From Fibrobacter succinogenes subsp. succinogenes S85 (GTDB lineage Bacteria > Fibrobacterota > Fibrobacteria > Fibrobacterales > Fibrobacteraceae), in contig NC_017448.1 of assembly GCF_000146505.1 (NCBI RefSeq), forward strand, positions 1,140,001-1,172,000: a stretch of 32,000 nt of DNA, given 5' to 3'. This document shows, piece by piece, positions 15,492 to 24,546 of the stretch. How positions within the stretch are numbered: position 1 is the stretch's first letter; every line of letters starts with the position of its first letter. Below the pieces are notes generated by a model. The model was not told the DNA's origin and searched no databases. It saw only the letters and a list, made by a program, of their open reading frames with translations. Made by a program: the position numbers and the translations under genes.

Positions 15492-16679
15492 ATGAATACC
15501 ATTAAACTTACAGCAATGGCATTTGGCCTTGCTGTCGCAAACGTTTTTGCTCAATCCGCCACCGAAGCAACCACCACAGAACAAAAGGGACCTGAATTCA
15601 ATATTTCAGGTAAGGCCGAATTTGACGCATACGCCAACGCACAAACAGGCGATAACCAAAAAATCAATCACAGCTACGCATCCACTATTGACGTAGACTT
15701 CAATGTCAAATTCAACAAAAACTGGTCCGCCTTTGCAGAAATTGAAGCCGATGGAGATGACGAAGCTCCACTCGTTACCTACAAAAAGGCATACGTTCAA
15801 TACAACAGAGGTGACAATTTCACACTCCGTGTGGGTGATTTGACATTCTCAGAGGGCGCATTCTCATTCTACAATTATGATGACGCCGGGATCTACGCCG
15901 CAGGCATGAGAGAACACGACATTCGCGGTCTAGACTTGCAGCTATACGGGTTGCAATTCGGTGTGGGCTTTGGCCGTGGAAACAACGACGTCTCTTGTCT
16001 GAACTCGGAATCATTTCCTTGCGATTACGGCGAATCCAAAAGTTACGATGTCCACTTAGCTTACCAATTTGACATTGCAGGCCAAACATTCCGTCCGTTC
16101 GTCCACTACAAAAGCTGGCAAATTAAAGATGCCAACGAACTCCATGCCGGTTTGCATACAGATCTTTTATTAGGTCCCTTTGACATTCACGCCGTTTACG
16201 GCTTACATGCAGACCGCTTGAAAAAATCCTACCCCAACGCCACGCACGCCTTGTTAGCCGAGCCCACATTGAATCTTGGCCGCGTGTTCATCAAAACAGG
16301 CATATTCTTCGCTTTCTTTGACGACGACATGGATAAGGCAACTATCCATGAAACCAGCGCTACTTATTATGAAATCCCTGAATACAAGTTCGCCTACGGC
16401 GAAGTCGATTTCAAGGCCCTTGACGTATTCACGGTCGGTCTCATAGGTGAATGGCATACCAACACGCTCGACAACTCGAAGGAACTCGGCTCTGTCAATT
16501 TCGGCACCCGACTTTACTTCAACCCCGTCAAGAATCTTGATATGACCGGTTTCGTAAAGGCCATCATCCCCGTGGGCGACGACTGGAAAAAGGATGGACA
16601 TGAAAAATGGGTATCCACAAACGATTACAACAATGACGTAACGTTCAACATCGGTCTTGAAACGGTATTCAAGTTCTAA
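15492..16679 (+). CDS. Porin-like outer-membrane beta-barrel protein
   Basis: 395 aa. Signal peptide MNTIKLTAMAFGLAVANVFAQS, alternating amphipathic strands, aromatic C-terminus ETVFKF. AAGGAG RBS. Confidence 0.72.
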   Translation: MNTIKLTAMAFGLAVANVFAQSATEATTTEQKGPEFNISGKAEFDAYANAQTGDNQKINHSYASTIDVDFNVKFNKNWSAFAEIEADGDDEAPLVTYKKAYVQYNRGDNFTLRVGDLTFSEGAFSFYNYDDAGIYAAGMREHDIRGLDLQLYGLQFGVGFGRGNNDVSCLNSESFPCDYGESKSYDVHLAYQFDIAGQTFRPFVHYKSWQIKDANELHAGLHTDLLLGPFDIHAVYGLHADRLKKSYPNATHALLAEPTLNLGRVFIKTGIFFAFFDDDMDKATIHETSATYYEIPEYKFAYGEVDFKALDVFTVGLIGEWHTNTLDNSKELGSVNFGTRLYFNPVKNLDMTGFVKAIIPVGDDWKKDGHEKWVSTNDYNNDVTFNIGLETVFKF

Positions 16680-16697
16680 ACAACTCCCTACCTCCAC

Positions 16698-16729
16698 AAA
16701 AATCCTCGGTATAACACTGAGGATTTTTT
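16698..16729 (+). terminator. Rho-independent terminator after the porin-like gene
   Basis: Stem AAAAATCCTC / GAGGATTTTT with an 11-nt loop, running into a T6 tract. Confidence 0.8.
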
Positions 16730-16757
16730 CTTATATTAACCACCAAAAGGAGAGCTT

Positions 16758-18530
16758 ATGACCGTCCGCGCCGATGTTACCCCTGATAATCCGTCCCGTG
16801 CAGAAATCGACTTTTCACGAATAGCCAACTTACTTGACGACAATTGGCTCGTCTGGATGAACAGATCCTGGTATTTCGACAACGACACCACAGGCTCCGT
16901 CCTGCGTGAAGTTGACGCGGTTCTTTACCATCGCAAGTACGGCCTCCTCCTTGTCGAATGCAAAGCCGGGAAAATTTCCGCCCGAACACAAAACCAAACA
17001 GGCAATGTTGTCTGGATGCAAAGCGGAAAGTCCATGGCGAAACCGCCACACATGCAAGTCGCCTCGCTAATCGCCCCGCTACACGAATACATGAAACTAT
17101 TGCTCAAAGCACCCCAGAACAAAGAATTCTACAGAGTGCGCGTACAATGGGCCGTATGTTTCAGCGACATGGAGAACATGGAAGGCATTCCTCTCTCGGA
17201 AATTCCGAGAAAACGAGCCCTTTTAAAGCCCGACATGCAAGACGTGAACAAGTTTGAAGAACGTTTAATCGAAATTCTTCAAACCCCCGAAGAATCCCAT
17301 GGCGGGCGCCCCTACCCGAACGACTATCTTGACGAAGATGCCTTCTTTGCGCTCCGCAACTTTTTTGACGGCATCGGCGACATGCAAACCGCCGCAGACG
17401 CGCTCCGCGAAGACAGCTACTATTCCGAGCAAGCCACAGAAATGCAGCAGATGATGATGGACTCCATCTCCCGGAACAACCGCGTGAGAATTGAAGGCGT
17501 GGCAGGCTCCGGAAAATCGCGCATGGTCGTCTGGGAAGCTTTGCGACTTTCCAAAATCGGTAAAAGCGTCGCCATCGCCTGCTACAACGACCTGCTCGCC
17601 GAAGAACTACGCAAAGAAGTGGAATCCGCCCTCGCCAAAGAACGCAAAATCGTCACCGCCAAATACGGGCGCGACGGAGGAGTCGGTTTTGGGAAAATCG
17701 AAGTCAACGTTTACGCCGACTGGTGCAAAAAATACGCCAAGGCTGTAAAAGAACTGCCAAAAATGGGCGCCGACAAATCGCAGTATTACGACAAGGAACT
17801 GCCCAAAGCATTCACCAACGCCCAGACAAAACTGTTCAAGGACAAGAAGCAGCGCGAAAAGATGTTCTTTGACGCCGTCATTATCGACGAAGCGCAGGAC
17901 TTTGCCAGCGAATGGATTGACTCGCTCATAGGCCTCTTGCGCGATAAGGAGCGCGGATACGCACGTATTTTCTATGACCCGGCACAGCGACTTTACGCCA
18001 AGAGAAACGGCATTGAAAACGCACAAGTGAAAGCGATGCCCGTCATGGTTCTCAAGCGAGCATTCCGCAACACCAAGAAAATTCTGGAGTGGATTTACAA
18101 GAACACCAACATTCGCTTGCAGAGCTATAACAACACGCCGCAAGGCTACCCTGTCAAGGAATATCGCTATAGAGACTCATCGGAACAAGAGCAGTTACTG
18201 CTCAACAGCTACAATGAACTCGTTCGAAAGTACGAACTCAAGCCATCCGAAATTCTCGTCGTTTCCATGCATAGCGAAGCCAGATCCGGCATCAAGAACA
18301 TTTCTAACGACACCTTTGCATGGAACAAGGTCGGCGGCAAGAAACTCATCCAAGATAAGGTAAACATCGTGAGTGCCTACCGCATCAAGGGGCTCGACAC
18401 AATGGCGGTAATCCTCGTCGATGTGGAAGAACCGACCGAGACAAGCAAGCGCGAAGACTGGAAACGCCTTCTGCTCGTTGGCGCCACCCGCGCCAAGAAA
18501 CTGCTGACCGTCATCCGAAAGAAAGCGTAA
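16758..18530 (+). CDS. NERD (PD-(D/E)xK nuclease-related) domain fused to a superfamily-1 UvrD-like helicase/ATPase
   Basis: 590 aa. NERD core EVDAVLYHRKYGLLLVECKAGKI followed by W...KPPHMQV. Helicase motifs GVAGSGKSR (Walker A), VIIDEAQDF (Walker B), FYDPAQRLY, SAYRIKGLDTMAVILV and LLLVGATRAKKLL (motif VI). Confidence 0.88.
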   Translation: MTVRADVTPDNPSRAEIDFSRIANLLDDNWLVWMNRSWYFDNDTTGSVLREVDAVLYHRKYGLLLVECKAGKISARTQNQTGNVVWMQSGKSMAKPPHMQVASLIAPLHEYMKLLLKAPQNKEFYRVRVQWAVCFSDMENMEGIPLSEIPRKRALLKPDMQDVNKFEERLIEILQTPEESHGGRPYPNDYLDEDAFFALRNFFDGIGDMQTAADALREDSYYSEQATEMQQMMMDSISRNNRVRIEGVAGSGKSRMVVWEALRLSKIGKSVAIACYNDLLAEELRKEVESALAKERKIVTAKYGRDGGVGFGKIEVNVYADWCKKYAKAVKELPKMGADKSQYYDKELPKAFTNAQTKLFKDKKQREKMFFDAVIIDEAQDFASEWIDSLIGLLRDKERGYARIFYDPAQRLYAKRNGIENAQVKAMPVMVLKRAFRNTKKILEWIYKNTNIRLQSYNNTPQGYPVKEYRYRDSSEQEQLLLNSYNELVRKYELKPSEILVVSMHSEARSGIKNISNDTFAWNKVGGKKLIQDKVNIVSAYRIKGLDTMAVILVDVEEPTETSKREDWKRLLLVGATRAKKLLTVIRKKA

Positions 18531-18561
18531 AATTAAAGGCATTGATTGGTCGCCTCGCCTC

Positions 18562-18607
18562 TTGACAGGCTAATAGCTATTAGCTATTTTAGCTAACAGA
18601 TATTAGC
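18562..18607 (+). promoter_or_regulatory. Promoter TTGACA-N17-TATTTT with two GCTAA-N6-TTAGC operators (probable TetR autoregulatory site)
   Basis: TTGACA at 18562..18567. The perfect 16-bp palindrome GCTAATAGCTATTAGC (18569..18584) fills the spacer. TATTTT at 18585..18590. Second site GCTAAcagataTTAGC at 18592..18607. Confidence 0.55.
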
Positions 18608-18655
18608 CACTGTAAAATATCGCAAAAGTCGCAAACTTCAAAAACAAGAGGCGCC

Positions 18656-19249
18656 ATGTCTACAAAAGAAAAAATTCTCGAAACCGCATTAACGCTATTT
18701 GCCAAAAACGGGTACGACGGCACAAGCGTGGAGCAAATCGCCCAGGATGTCGGCATCAAGGCGCCGTCGCTTTACAAGCACTTCAAGGGTAAAGAGGATA
18801 TTCTGAACTCGCTAATCGATATCGCCGAAACGCGTTACGAAGAATCATTCGGTTCCGCGAAGAAAGTCGGCACAATCCCAGAAAGTATCGACGGTTTCAT
18901 TCGCGAGATGTTAAAGCGCATCCGCTTTACAATGAGCGACCCGATTATCAAGAAGATGCGTGTTTTCTTGGTGCAGGAACAGTTCCGCAGCGAGCGCCTT
19001 GCCGAAATCACGACAAGGCATCAAGTGGACGGGCTTCAGCAAATGTACCAGAAAATTCTCGAAACGTTGATGACTGCCGGTATCATCGTCAAAGACGACC
19101 CGGAAATGCTAGCAACAGAAATCACCGCGCCAGTCGCACTTTGGATTTCTAAGGTCGATCGCCAGCCGAAATGCGAAAAAGAAGCTCTCAAATTCATCGA
19201 GAAGCACTTACAGCATTTTTTCAAGACATACGCAAATGGAAACAGATAG
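18656..19249 (+). CDS. TetR/AcrR family transcriptional regulator
   Basis: 197 aa. N-terminal HTH KEKILETALTLFAKNGYDGTSVEQIAQDVGIKAPSLYKHFKGKEDIL. Confidence 0.92.
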   Translation: MSTKEKILETALTLFAKNGYDGTSVEQIAQDVGIKAPSLYKHFKGKEDILNSLIDIAETRYEESFGSAKKVGTIPESIDGFIREMLKRIRFTMSDPIIKKMRVFLVQEQFRSERLAEITTRHQVDGLQQMYQKILETLMTAGIIVKDDPEMLATEITAPVALWISKVDRQPKCEKEALKFIEKHLQHFFKTYANGNR

Positions 19250-19757
19250 ATTTTTACTGCGCCCGTGGCGCGAAAGCGATGCCGAAGCTTTGTTCAAATA
19301 CGCTAGCGATCCAGATGTGGGTCCACGCGCCGGTTGGGAACCGCACAAGAACGTAGAAGAAAGCCTGCAAATCATCCGCACAATTTTTGGCGGTGATCAC
19401 ATGTGGGCCATTGAACTGAAAGAGACAGGAGAACCCATCGGTTGCATCGGCTACCTGCTCAAAGGCGAAAGCAACATCAATGTTGGCGAGAACGAAGCCG
19501 AAGCAGGCTACTGGATTGCAAAGCCTTACTGGAACAAAGGAATTTGTACTGAAGCGTTAAAGCTGATGATAGACTATTGCTTCAACGAAAAACACCTAGA
19601 CGTTCTCTGGAGCGACTTTTTCATCAACAATCCCGCCTCCGGACGCGTGATGGAAAAATGCGGATTCCGCGAAACCGGCGAAATGCGCTACTGCGAAAAT
19701 CTTTATGGCGGCAGCAAGCGCCCCGTGAAAGTGATGAGACTCTGTCGAAACGGATAA
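19236..19757 (+). CDS. GNAT family N-acetyltransferase (RimJ/RimL-like)
   Basis: 173 aa. TDRFLLRPWRESDAEALFKYASDPDV, GYWIAKPYWNKGICTEA and NPASGRVMEKCGF. Overlaps the tetR stop by 14 nt. Confidence 0.88.
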   Translation: METDRFLLRPWRESDAEALFKYASDPDVGPRAGWEPHKNVEESLQIIRTIFGGDHMWAIELKETGEPIGCIGYLLKGESNINVGENEAEAGYWIAKPYWNKGICTEALKLMIDYCFNEKHLDVLWSDFFINNPASGRVMEKCGFRETGEMRYCENLYGGSKRPVKVMRLCRNG

Positions 19758-19788
19758 AGTCATCGGTGAACATATTTAAAGGCAAAAA

Positions 19789-20412
19789 ATGGCAAAAGAA
19801 ATTGATCCGAAAAGCACAACCAGAGCAAAAGCATTTGAGTTTTGGATGCAAGCACCAAATCCGATGGTAACATTTTTCAAAACGCTTAACGTCACAAGAC
19901 TCGTGAAGGTGAGCAAAAAGCACGGTTTGAAATTCAACATGCTTATGGATTACTGCATCGGCAAGGCAGCGGCAAGCGTTAAGGAGTTTTACATGCTCCC
20001 AGTCAACGGCAAGCTCATGCAATACGATTCGATTGCGGTGAATACAATCATAAAAAACGACGAAGGCGAAGTCAGCTCTTGCGACATCCCATATTCCGAA
20101 GATTTGGCGACGTTCAACCGCAACTACCTCAAGTACACAAAAATCGTGGCGGAAAGTTGCCAGGATTGGGACTTGTCCGAGAACAGCATGGTCATTGGCA
20201 CTTCGGCTATTATCGATACAGAAATCGACGGCGCGGTCGGCATGAATTCCGGCATTTTCAACAACCCGTTTATGATTTGGGGACGTTACAGGAAACGTCT
20301 TTTCCGCTATGAATTGCCGGTTTCGTTCCAGTTCCACCACACGCAAATGGACGGGGCTCACGCCGGAAAGTTCCTTGCGAACTTGCAACAAGCAATTGAG
20401 GAACTTCGATAA
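19789..20412 (+). CDS. cat: Chloramphenicol O-acetyltransferase family (CAT, type A fold) protein
   Basis: 207 aa. The C-terminal catalytic motif SFQFHHTQMDGAHAGKF matches the CAT HHxxxDG signature. Typical length and N-terminal R..F..F pattern. Confidence 0.85.
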   Translation: MAKEIDPKSTTRAKAFEFWMQAPNPMVTFFKTLNVTRLVKVSKKHGLKFNMLMDYCIGKAAASVKEFYMLPVNGKLMQYDSIAVNTIIKNDEGEVSSCDIPYSEDLATFNRNYLKYTKIVAESCQDWDLSENSMVIGTSAIIDTEIDGAVGMNSGIFNNPFMIWGRYRKRLFRYELPVSFQFHHTQMDGAHAGKFLANLQQAIEELR

Positions 20413-20477
20413 AATTCGGTAACACTTTTCAAGACCTTAGGTGTTATATAAAAAAGGAGATTCCCGCAGCCGCGAGA

Positions 20478-21707
20478 ATGACAATAAAAATGACTTTAGT
20501 TTTGAACACATTGGAATCGGGCGATTGCTCGGAACAGATTAAAGCACTATTTGCAGACAAAAACGAAGAAATAGAAATCATCAACACTGCTGATTTAAAA
20601 ATTATGCATTGCATGGGCTGCAACAATTGCTGGCTTAAAACACCCGGCGTTTGCAGTATCAAGGACGATTACGAAATCATCCTCAAAAAAATGGTCGCAG
20701 CCGAAAACTTCTGGGTTGTGGCAGATACGAAATTTGGTTTTATTGACTACCGCGGCAAGCGAGTTTTGGATCGCATCGTCCCGATGCTAAACATGTACAT
20801 CGAAATCCGCGACGGTTGGGAACGTCATCAGTTGCGTTATCACCCACTGAATTTCGGCTTCATATACAAGGGTAATGGCAACCGCGAACTGCTCGAAGAA
20901 TGGAGCATGCGAGTCGCCAGAAATTTAGCAGGGCGTTCGCTAGGAGTTATTAGTTTAGACCAAAATGGGAGTTGTGAGAACACCGCGGAAATGCCGTCCG
21001 ATAGCGCCGCGGCACCAATCAAAACTGCCGCACCCGCCGCCGACGAACACGTCATCATAATTAACGGAAGCCCACGCGTCAAGAAGAATAGCAACACAAA
21101 CAAGATTGTCCATGCTTTTGCTGAAGGACTCGAAAAAGCGGGAATCACGCACAAGCTTTATTCACTCTCGAACCATGCCGAATGGGACGAAGCGCGCGAA
21201 GCATTCATGACGAATGACAACATCATCATTGCCGTGCCGCTCTTTGTAGAATGTCTGCCGAGTTTGTTGCTCGAATTTTTAAGTACACTCCCCACGGAAC
21301 GCAAGCAACCAGCAAAACTCTCGTTCATTCTCCACGGCGGTTTTGACGAAGGTCACCAGCTGCGACTCGGTGAAAAATTCTTGCAGTCGCTCCCGGCTCA
21401 GCTCGGATGCACCAGCGGTGGCGTCCTCGTGAAAGGCGGCAGTTTCTTGCTACGCAATCGCGAAAACAGCTACATCAAAAAGATGACCGACAAGATACTC
21501 GCCTCTTACACAACCATGGGACAATCTTTCGCCCGCAACGGAAGCTTCTCAAGTTCAGAAGCAAAGAAATTTACAGGCTTCGAAAAAAATCCAAAGATAG
21601 GAATCCTGCTATTCAACCTCATTTTCAAGCGCATCGTCAAAAAGAATTTCGAGCGAATCGCACAAGAATGGGGATGCTCGGAACCGTTGGACGCTAAACC
21701 ATATTAA
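20478..21707 (+). CDS. Tandem flavodoxin-like / NAD(P)H-dependent FMN reductase-type oxidoreductase (two fused domains)
   Basis: 409 aa. First module has the Cys-rich MHCMGCNNCWLKTPGVCSIKDD motif seen in iron-sulfur flavoprotein-like reductases. The second module starts VIIINGSPRVKKNSNTNKIV after an Ala/Pro linker. Confidence 0.78.
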   Translation: MTIKMTLVLNTLESGDCSEQIKALFADKNEEIEIINTADLKIMHCMGCNNCWLKTPGVCSIKDDYEIILKKMVAAENFWVVADTKFGFIDYRGKRVLDRIVPMLNMYIEIRDGWERHQLRYHPLNFGFIYKGNGNRELLEEWSMRVARNLAGRSLGVISLDQNGSCENTAEMPSDSAAAPIKTAAPAADEHVIIINGSPRVKKNSNTNKIVHAFAEGLEKAGITHKLYSLSNHAEWDEAREAFMTNDNIIIAVPLFVECLPSLLLEFLSTLPTERKQPAKLSFILHGGFDEGHQLRLGEKFLQSLPAQLGCTSGGVLVKGGSFLLRNRENSYIKKMTDKILASYTTMGQSFARNGSFSSSEAKKFTGFEKNPKIGILLFNLIFKRIVKKNFERIAQEWGCSEPLDAKPY

Positions 21708-21868
21708 AAAACAATGAAAAGAACTAAAGAGCTTTCAGAAATGGACGGCAGAAGCACGAAAGGAATATGGAGATCGATACTGACGAATTCTGAAAAAAGA
21801 TAGAAAAGGACTTGACGAGAGCTTTTAAATAGTATACATTTGTACACGTATTGTAAGAAGGAAATTTC

Positions 21869-22501
21869 ATGCCTTTTGACTTTAAAAAAGAATATAAAGA
21901 ATTCTACATGCCGAAAGGCAAACCCGAAATCGTCACTGTTCCGAAGATAAACTACATCGCGGTGCGGGGCAAGGGCAACCCGAATGAAGAAGAGGGCGAA
22001 TACAAAAAGTCCATCGAACTTCTGTACGGCATAGCCTACACCATCAAGATGAGCAAGAAAGGAGACCACAAAATCAAAGGCTACTTTGATTACGTGGTTC
22101 CGCCGCTAGAAGGATTCTGGTGGCAAGAAAATCTTGACGGAATCGATTACAGCCACAAGGAAAATTTCCAGTGGATTTCAGTCATTCGACTCCCCGACTT
22201 CGTCACCAAAACCGATTTCGATTGGGCAATCGAAGAAGCGACACGCAAAAAGAAAATAGACTTTTCGAAAGTCGAATTTCTCGAAATAGAAGAAGGGCTT
22301 TGCGTGCAGTGCATGCATTCCGGCTCATACGACGATGAGCCTGCAACTGTTGCAGCAATGGACAAGTTCATCGCTGACAACGGCTATGAAAATGATATTT
22401 CGGACACGAGGCGTCATCACGAGATTTACCTTTCTGACGCACGCAAAGTCGCCCCAGAAAAGTTAAAGACCGTCATCCGCCACCCGATTAAAAAGAAATA
22501 A
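21869..22501 (+). CDS. GyrI-like small-molecule-binding domain protein
   Basis: 210 aa. MPFDFKKEYKEFYMPKGKPEIVTVPKINYIAVRGKGNPNEE ... VVPPLEGFWWQE is the characteristic N-terminus of this family. Confidence 0.85.
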   Translation: MPFDFKKEYKEFYMPKGKPEIVTVPKINYIAVRGKGNPNEEEGEYKKSIELLYGIAYTIKMSKKGDHKIKGYFDYVVPPLEGFWWQENLDGIDYSHKENFQWISVIRLPDFVTKTDFDWAIEEATRKKKIDFSKVEFLEIEEGLCVQCMHSGSYDDEPATVAAMDKFIADNGYENDISDTRRHHEIYLSDARKVAPEKLKTVIRHPIKKK

Positions 22502-22511
22502 AGGAGAAATC

Positions 22512-23099
22512 ATGGAATTAAAATTTTGTCAGAGCTGCGGAATGCCGCTCACACCAGAAATCCTCGGCACAAACGCCGACGGCAGTAAGAACGATGAATA
22601 CTGCATCTACTGCTACAAAGACGGTGCATTCACCGGTGATTTCAACATGGAACAGATGGTTGAATTCTGCTCGCAGTTCGTCGATGAATTCAACAAGAAC
22701 ACCGGCAAGAACCTCACCCGCGAAGAGTACAAGGCAGAACTCCGCAAGTATTTCCCGACTCTCAAGCGTTGGAAATCAAGCGACGCAGAGCTCCCGCATG
22801 CAAACTCCCCCATCAAGCAAAAGCTGATCGAAGAAGTTAACGCGCTTAACATCAAGGACATGCCGACCATCGACAACCTCTTTGTATTGCAGGGATCGTT
22901 TATCAATCAGGAATACAAGATCAACGGCAACAGCGTCAAGCTCTTGGACGATAACGCAAGCTACTGGGGCAACCAGGTCGAAAAGCAAAATGCTGAAGGC
23001 CGCTGCTACGGAATCGCCTGCGACGAGCGCTACATTCTCGTGAGCGAATACGGCAAGAACGGCGCCGATGCAGAAATCGTCGTATTCAAAAGACGGTAA
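22512..23099 (+). CDS. Zinc-ribbon domain protein (Zn_ribbon_2-like N-terminus) with uncharacterised C-terminal domain
   Basis: 195 aa. CQSCGMPL...DEYCIYCYKDGAFT. AAGGAG RBS 10 nt after the stop of the GyrI-like gene. Confidence 0.8.
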   Translation: MELKFCQSCGMPLTPEILGTNADGSKNDEYCIYCYKDGAFTGDFNMEQMVEFCSQFVDEFNKNTGKNLTREEYKAELRKYFPTLKRWKSSDAELPHANSPIKQKLIEEVNALNIKDMPTIDNLFVLQGSFINQEYKINGNSVKLLDDNASYWGNQVEKQNAEGRCYGIACDERYILVSEYGKNGADAEIVVFKRR

Positions 23100-23141
23100 A
23101 ATAAGAACTCTCTAAAAATTGTGGTTTCTTGAACAAATCAT

Positions 23142-23192
23142 TTGTACTTTATCAGCAAAACTGATAAAAAACTGATAAAGTACAAGTTTTTT
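23142..23192 (+). terminator. 14-bp perfect inverted repeat plus T6 (terminator or attenuator-like element) immediately upstream of the OMP gene RBS
   Basis: TTGTACTTTATCAG (23142..23155) and CTGATAAAGTACAA (23172..23185), then GTTTTTT. An alternative 8-bp pairing is possible between TTTATCAG (23148..23155) and CTGATAAA (23161..23168). Confidence 0.5.
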
Positions 23193-23210
23193 ATACAAGG
23201 AGGATTATTT

Positions 23211-23972
23211 ATGTTTAAGAAACTTGCAATTGTGGCCGCACTTGCCACGAGCGCATCATTTGCATCCTGGGACATGTACCCGGTTCTTGAGCAACACAAA
23301 GGTGAAGTCTCCGTCGGAGTAAATTATTCAACGGATGAAAATACAAAAGAACTTTCAGTACCTGTAGGCGCCCGTTTTTCAGTTATTCAAAACTTAGAAC
23401 TCGCGTTCATGCTACCCTATCGCATTTTCACTCACGATAAAAATGGGAATGATATAAAGCGAGATGGTTTTGAAGAACTAGCGTTTATGGCTCGCTATAA
23501 AATAACACCCACAACAAGCGCTTTCGCCGACATCCGCACCCCCATAGGAGATGGATCCGACTATGAGAAAAAAACATGGATTGCCGCAACAGGCGCACAA
23601 TATTCCAACTCCATCAATCCGTTCATTAGATTTGGATCCGAAATCGGCCTTACAACATACTTTGTAAGGAAAATGAATCTAACGACTTTCAGTCTGAACG
23701 CTAGTACAGAATTTGAATTTAAAGTAACTCCGCAATTTACACCATACGTCGGTGCAAACTTGGGAGTACTCCTCGGCTCCATCACTGAAGACGGTTACAG
23801 ATTCAATAGCGCTGGAGATGGCCATGTTGACGCCAGAATTTACGTTGGCGCCAAATATGCATTCAACGACATGTTTGAAGTCGGCGTCAACGCGGGCATC
23901 TGGTTTGGCAACTGCTTCTACAAAGACAACACCGAAAAGAGCATCGGAACTTACGGGCGGTTCAAATTCTAG
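23211..23972 (+). CDS. Outer-membrane beta-barrel protein (hypothetical)
   Basis: I use the start at ATG 23211 (GGAGG RBS): MFKKLAIVAALATSASFAS signal peptide, C-terminus YGRFKF. The track start at 23142 lies inside the hairpin. Confidence 0.75.
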   Translation: MFKKLAIVAALATSASFASWDMYPVLEQHKGEVSVGVNYSTDENTKELSVPVGARFSVIQNLELAFMLPYRIFTHDKNGNDIKRDGFEELAFMARYKITPTTSAFADIRTPIGDGSDYEKKTWIAATGAQYSNSINPFIRFGSEIGLTTYFVRKMNLTTFSLNASTEFEFKVTPQFTPYVGANLGVLLGSITEDGYRFNSAGDGHVDARIYVGAKYAFNDMFEVGVNAGIWFGNCFYKDNTEKSIGTYGRFKF

Positions 23973-23989
23973 TTATATTCCGCTAGAAT
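23966..23989. terminator. Weak hairpin spanning both stop codons of the convergent OMP genes
   Basis: ATTCTAG (23966..23972) / CTAGAAT (23983..23989), 10-nt loop. No clear T-run. Confidence 0.25.
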
Positions 23990-24453
23990 GCGTAGCGGAA
24001 ATCCAACAGCAAAGACGCACCCGTGCTAGACGCCCCCATCGGGGTAAAAGCGAGTGCGTCAATACCAAAGTGCTTTCCGAAATCACAGTTCAGGCCAACA
24101 CCAACTTCACCAGAAGCATCGCTGCTCGAAACGGCATTAAGCAGAGTAAAACCAGCAACAAAATGCAAATTGTTTCCACCTAAATAGAACAAGGCCGGGA
24201 TACGAATGTACTGGAATTGCCAAACCTGGTATCTCAAGTCAATCGTCATGTAGATTGCGTTTTCACTAGAAAAACGGATTTTCGCACCAAGACCGACATC
24301 AGCAAGGCCAGCATGCAAAAAGAATCGAGCACGCGGCCATTCCGGTTCGGCAGGAGCAGAAGAGCCCCATCCAGATGCAGGATTCTGCTCATTAGCAAAG
24401 GTAAAAACGGAAGAAAGAAGCAAAGAAGCAAGAATTGTTTTCATTTTATTCAT
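23983..24453 (-). CDS. Small secreted / outer-membrane protein (hypothetical)
   Basis: 156 aa. Signal peptide MNKMKTILASLLLSSVFTFA, Gly/aromatic-rich strands, C-terminus LDFRYAF. Confidence 0.65.
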   Translation of the reverse strand: MNKMKTILASLLLSSVFTFANEQNPASGWGSSAPAEPEWPRARFFLHAGLADVGLGAKIRFSSENAIYMTIDLRYQVWQFQYIRIPALFYLGGNNLHFVAGFTLLNAVSSSDASGEVGVGLNCDFGKHFGIDALAFTPMGASSTGASLLLDFRYAF

Positions 24454-24498
24454 AACAGACTAAATATAGACAAATCATTGCAAAAACCGCCCATTCAC

Positions 24499-24527
24499 TT
24501 GCCAAAAACATTCGCTTTAGCTATATT
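24499..24527 (+). promoter_or_regulatory. sigma70-like promoter of tRNA-Ala (TTGCCA-N17-TATATT)
   Basis: TTGCCA at 24499..24504, 17-nt spacer, TATATT at 24522..24527. The tRNA starts 20 nt downstream. Confidence 0.5.
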
Positions 24528-24546
24528 CACTCCGCTATCAAGCTAT

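Noticed and set aside
19624-20391. 255-aa minus-strand ORF
   Set aside because: It lies antisense to the CAT-family gene, which carries the diagnostic HHxxxDG motif.
21714-21803. 29-codon ORF (MKRTKELSEMDGRSTKGIWRSILTNSEKR) in the 160-nt gap before the GyrI-like gene
   Set aside because: There is no RBS and no recognisable features, and it is too short to support without conservation data.
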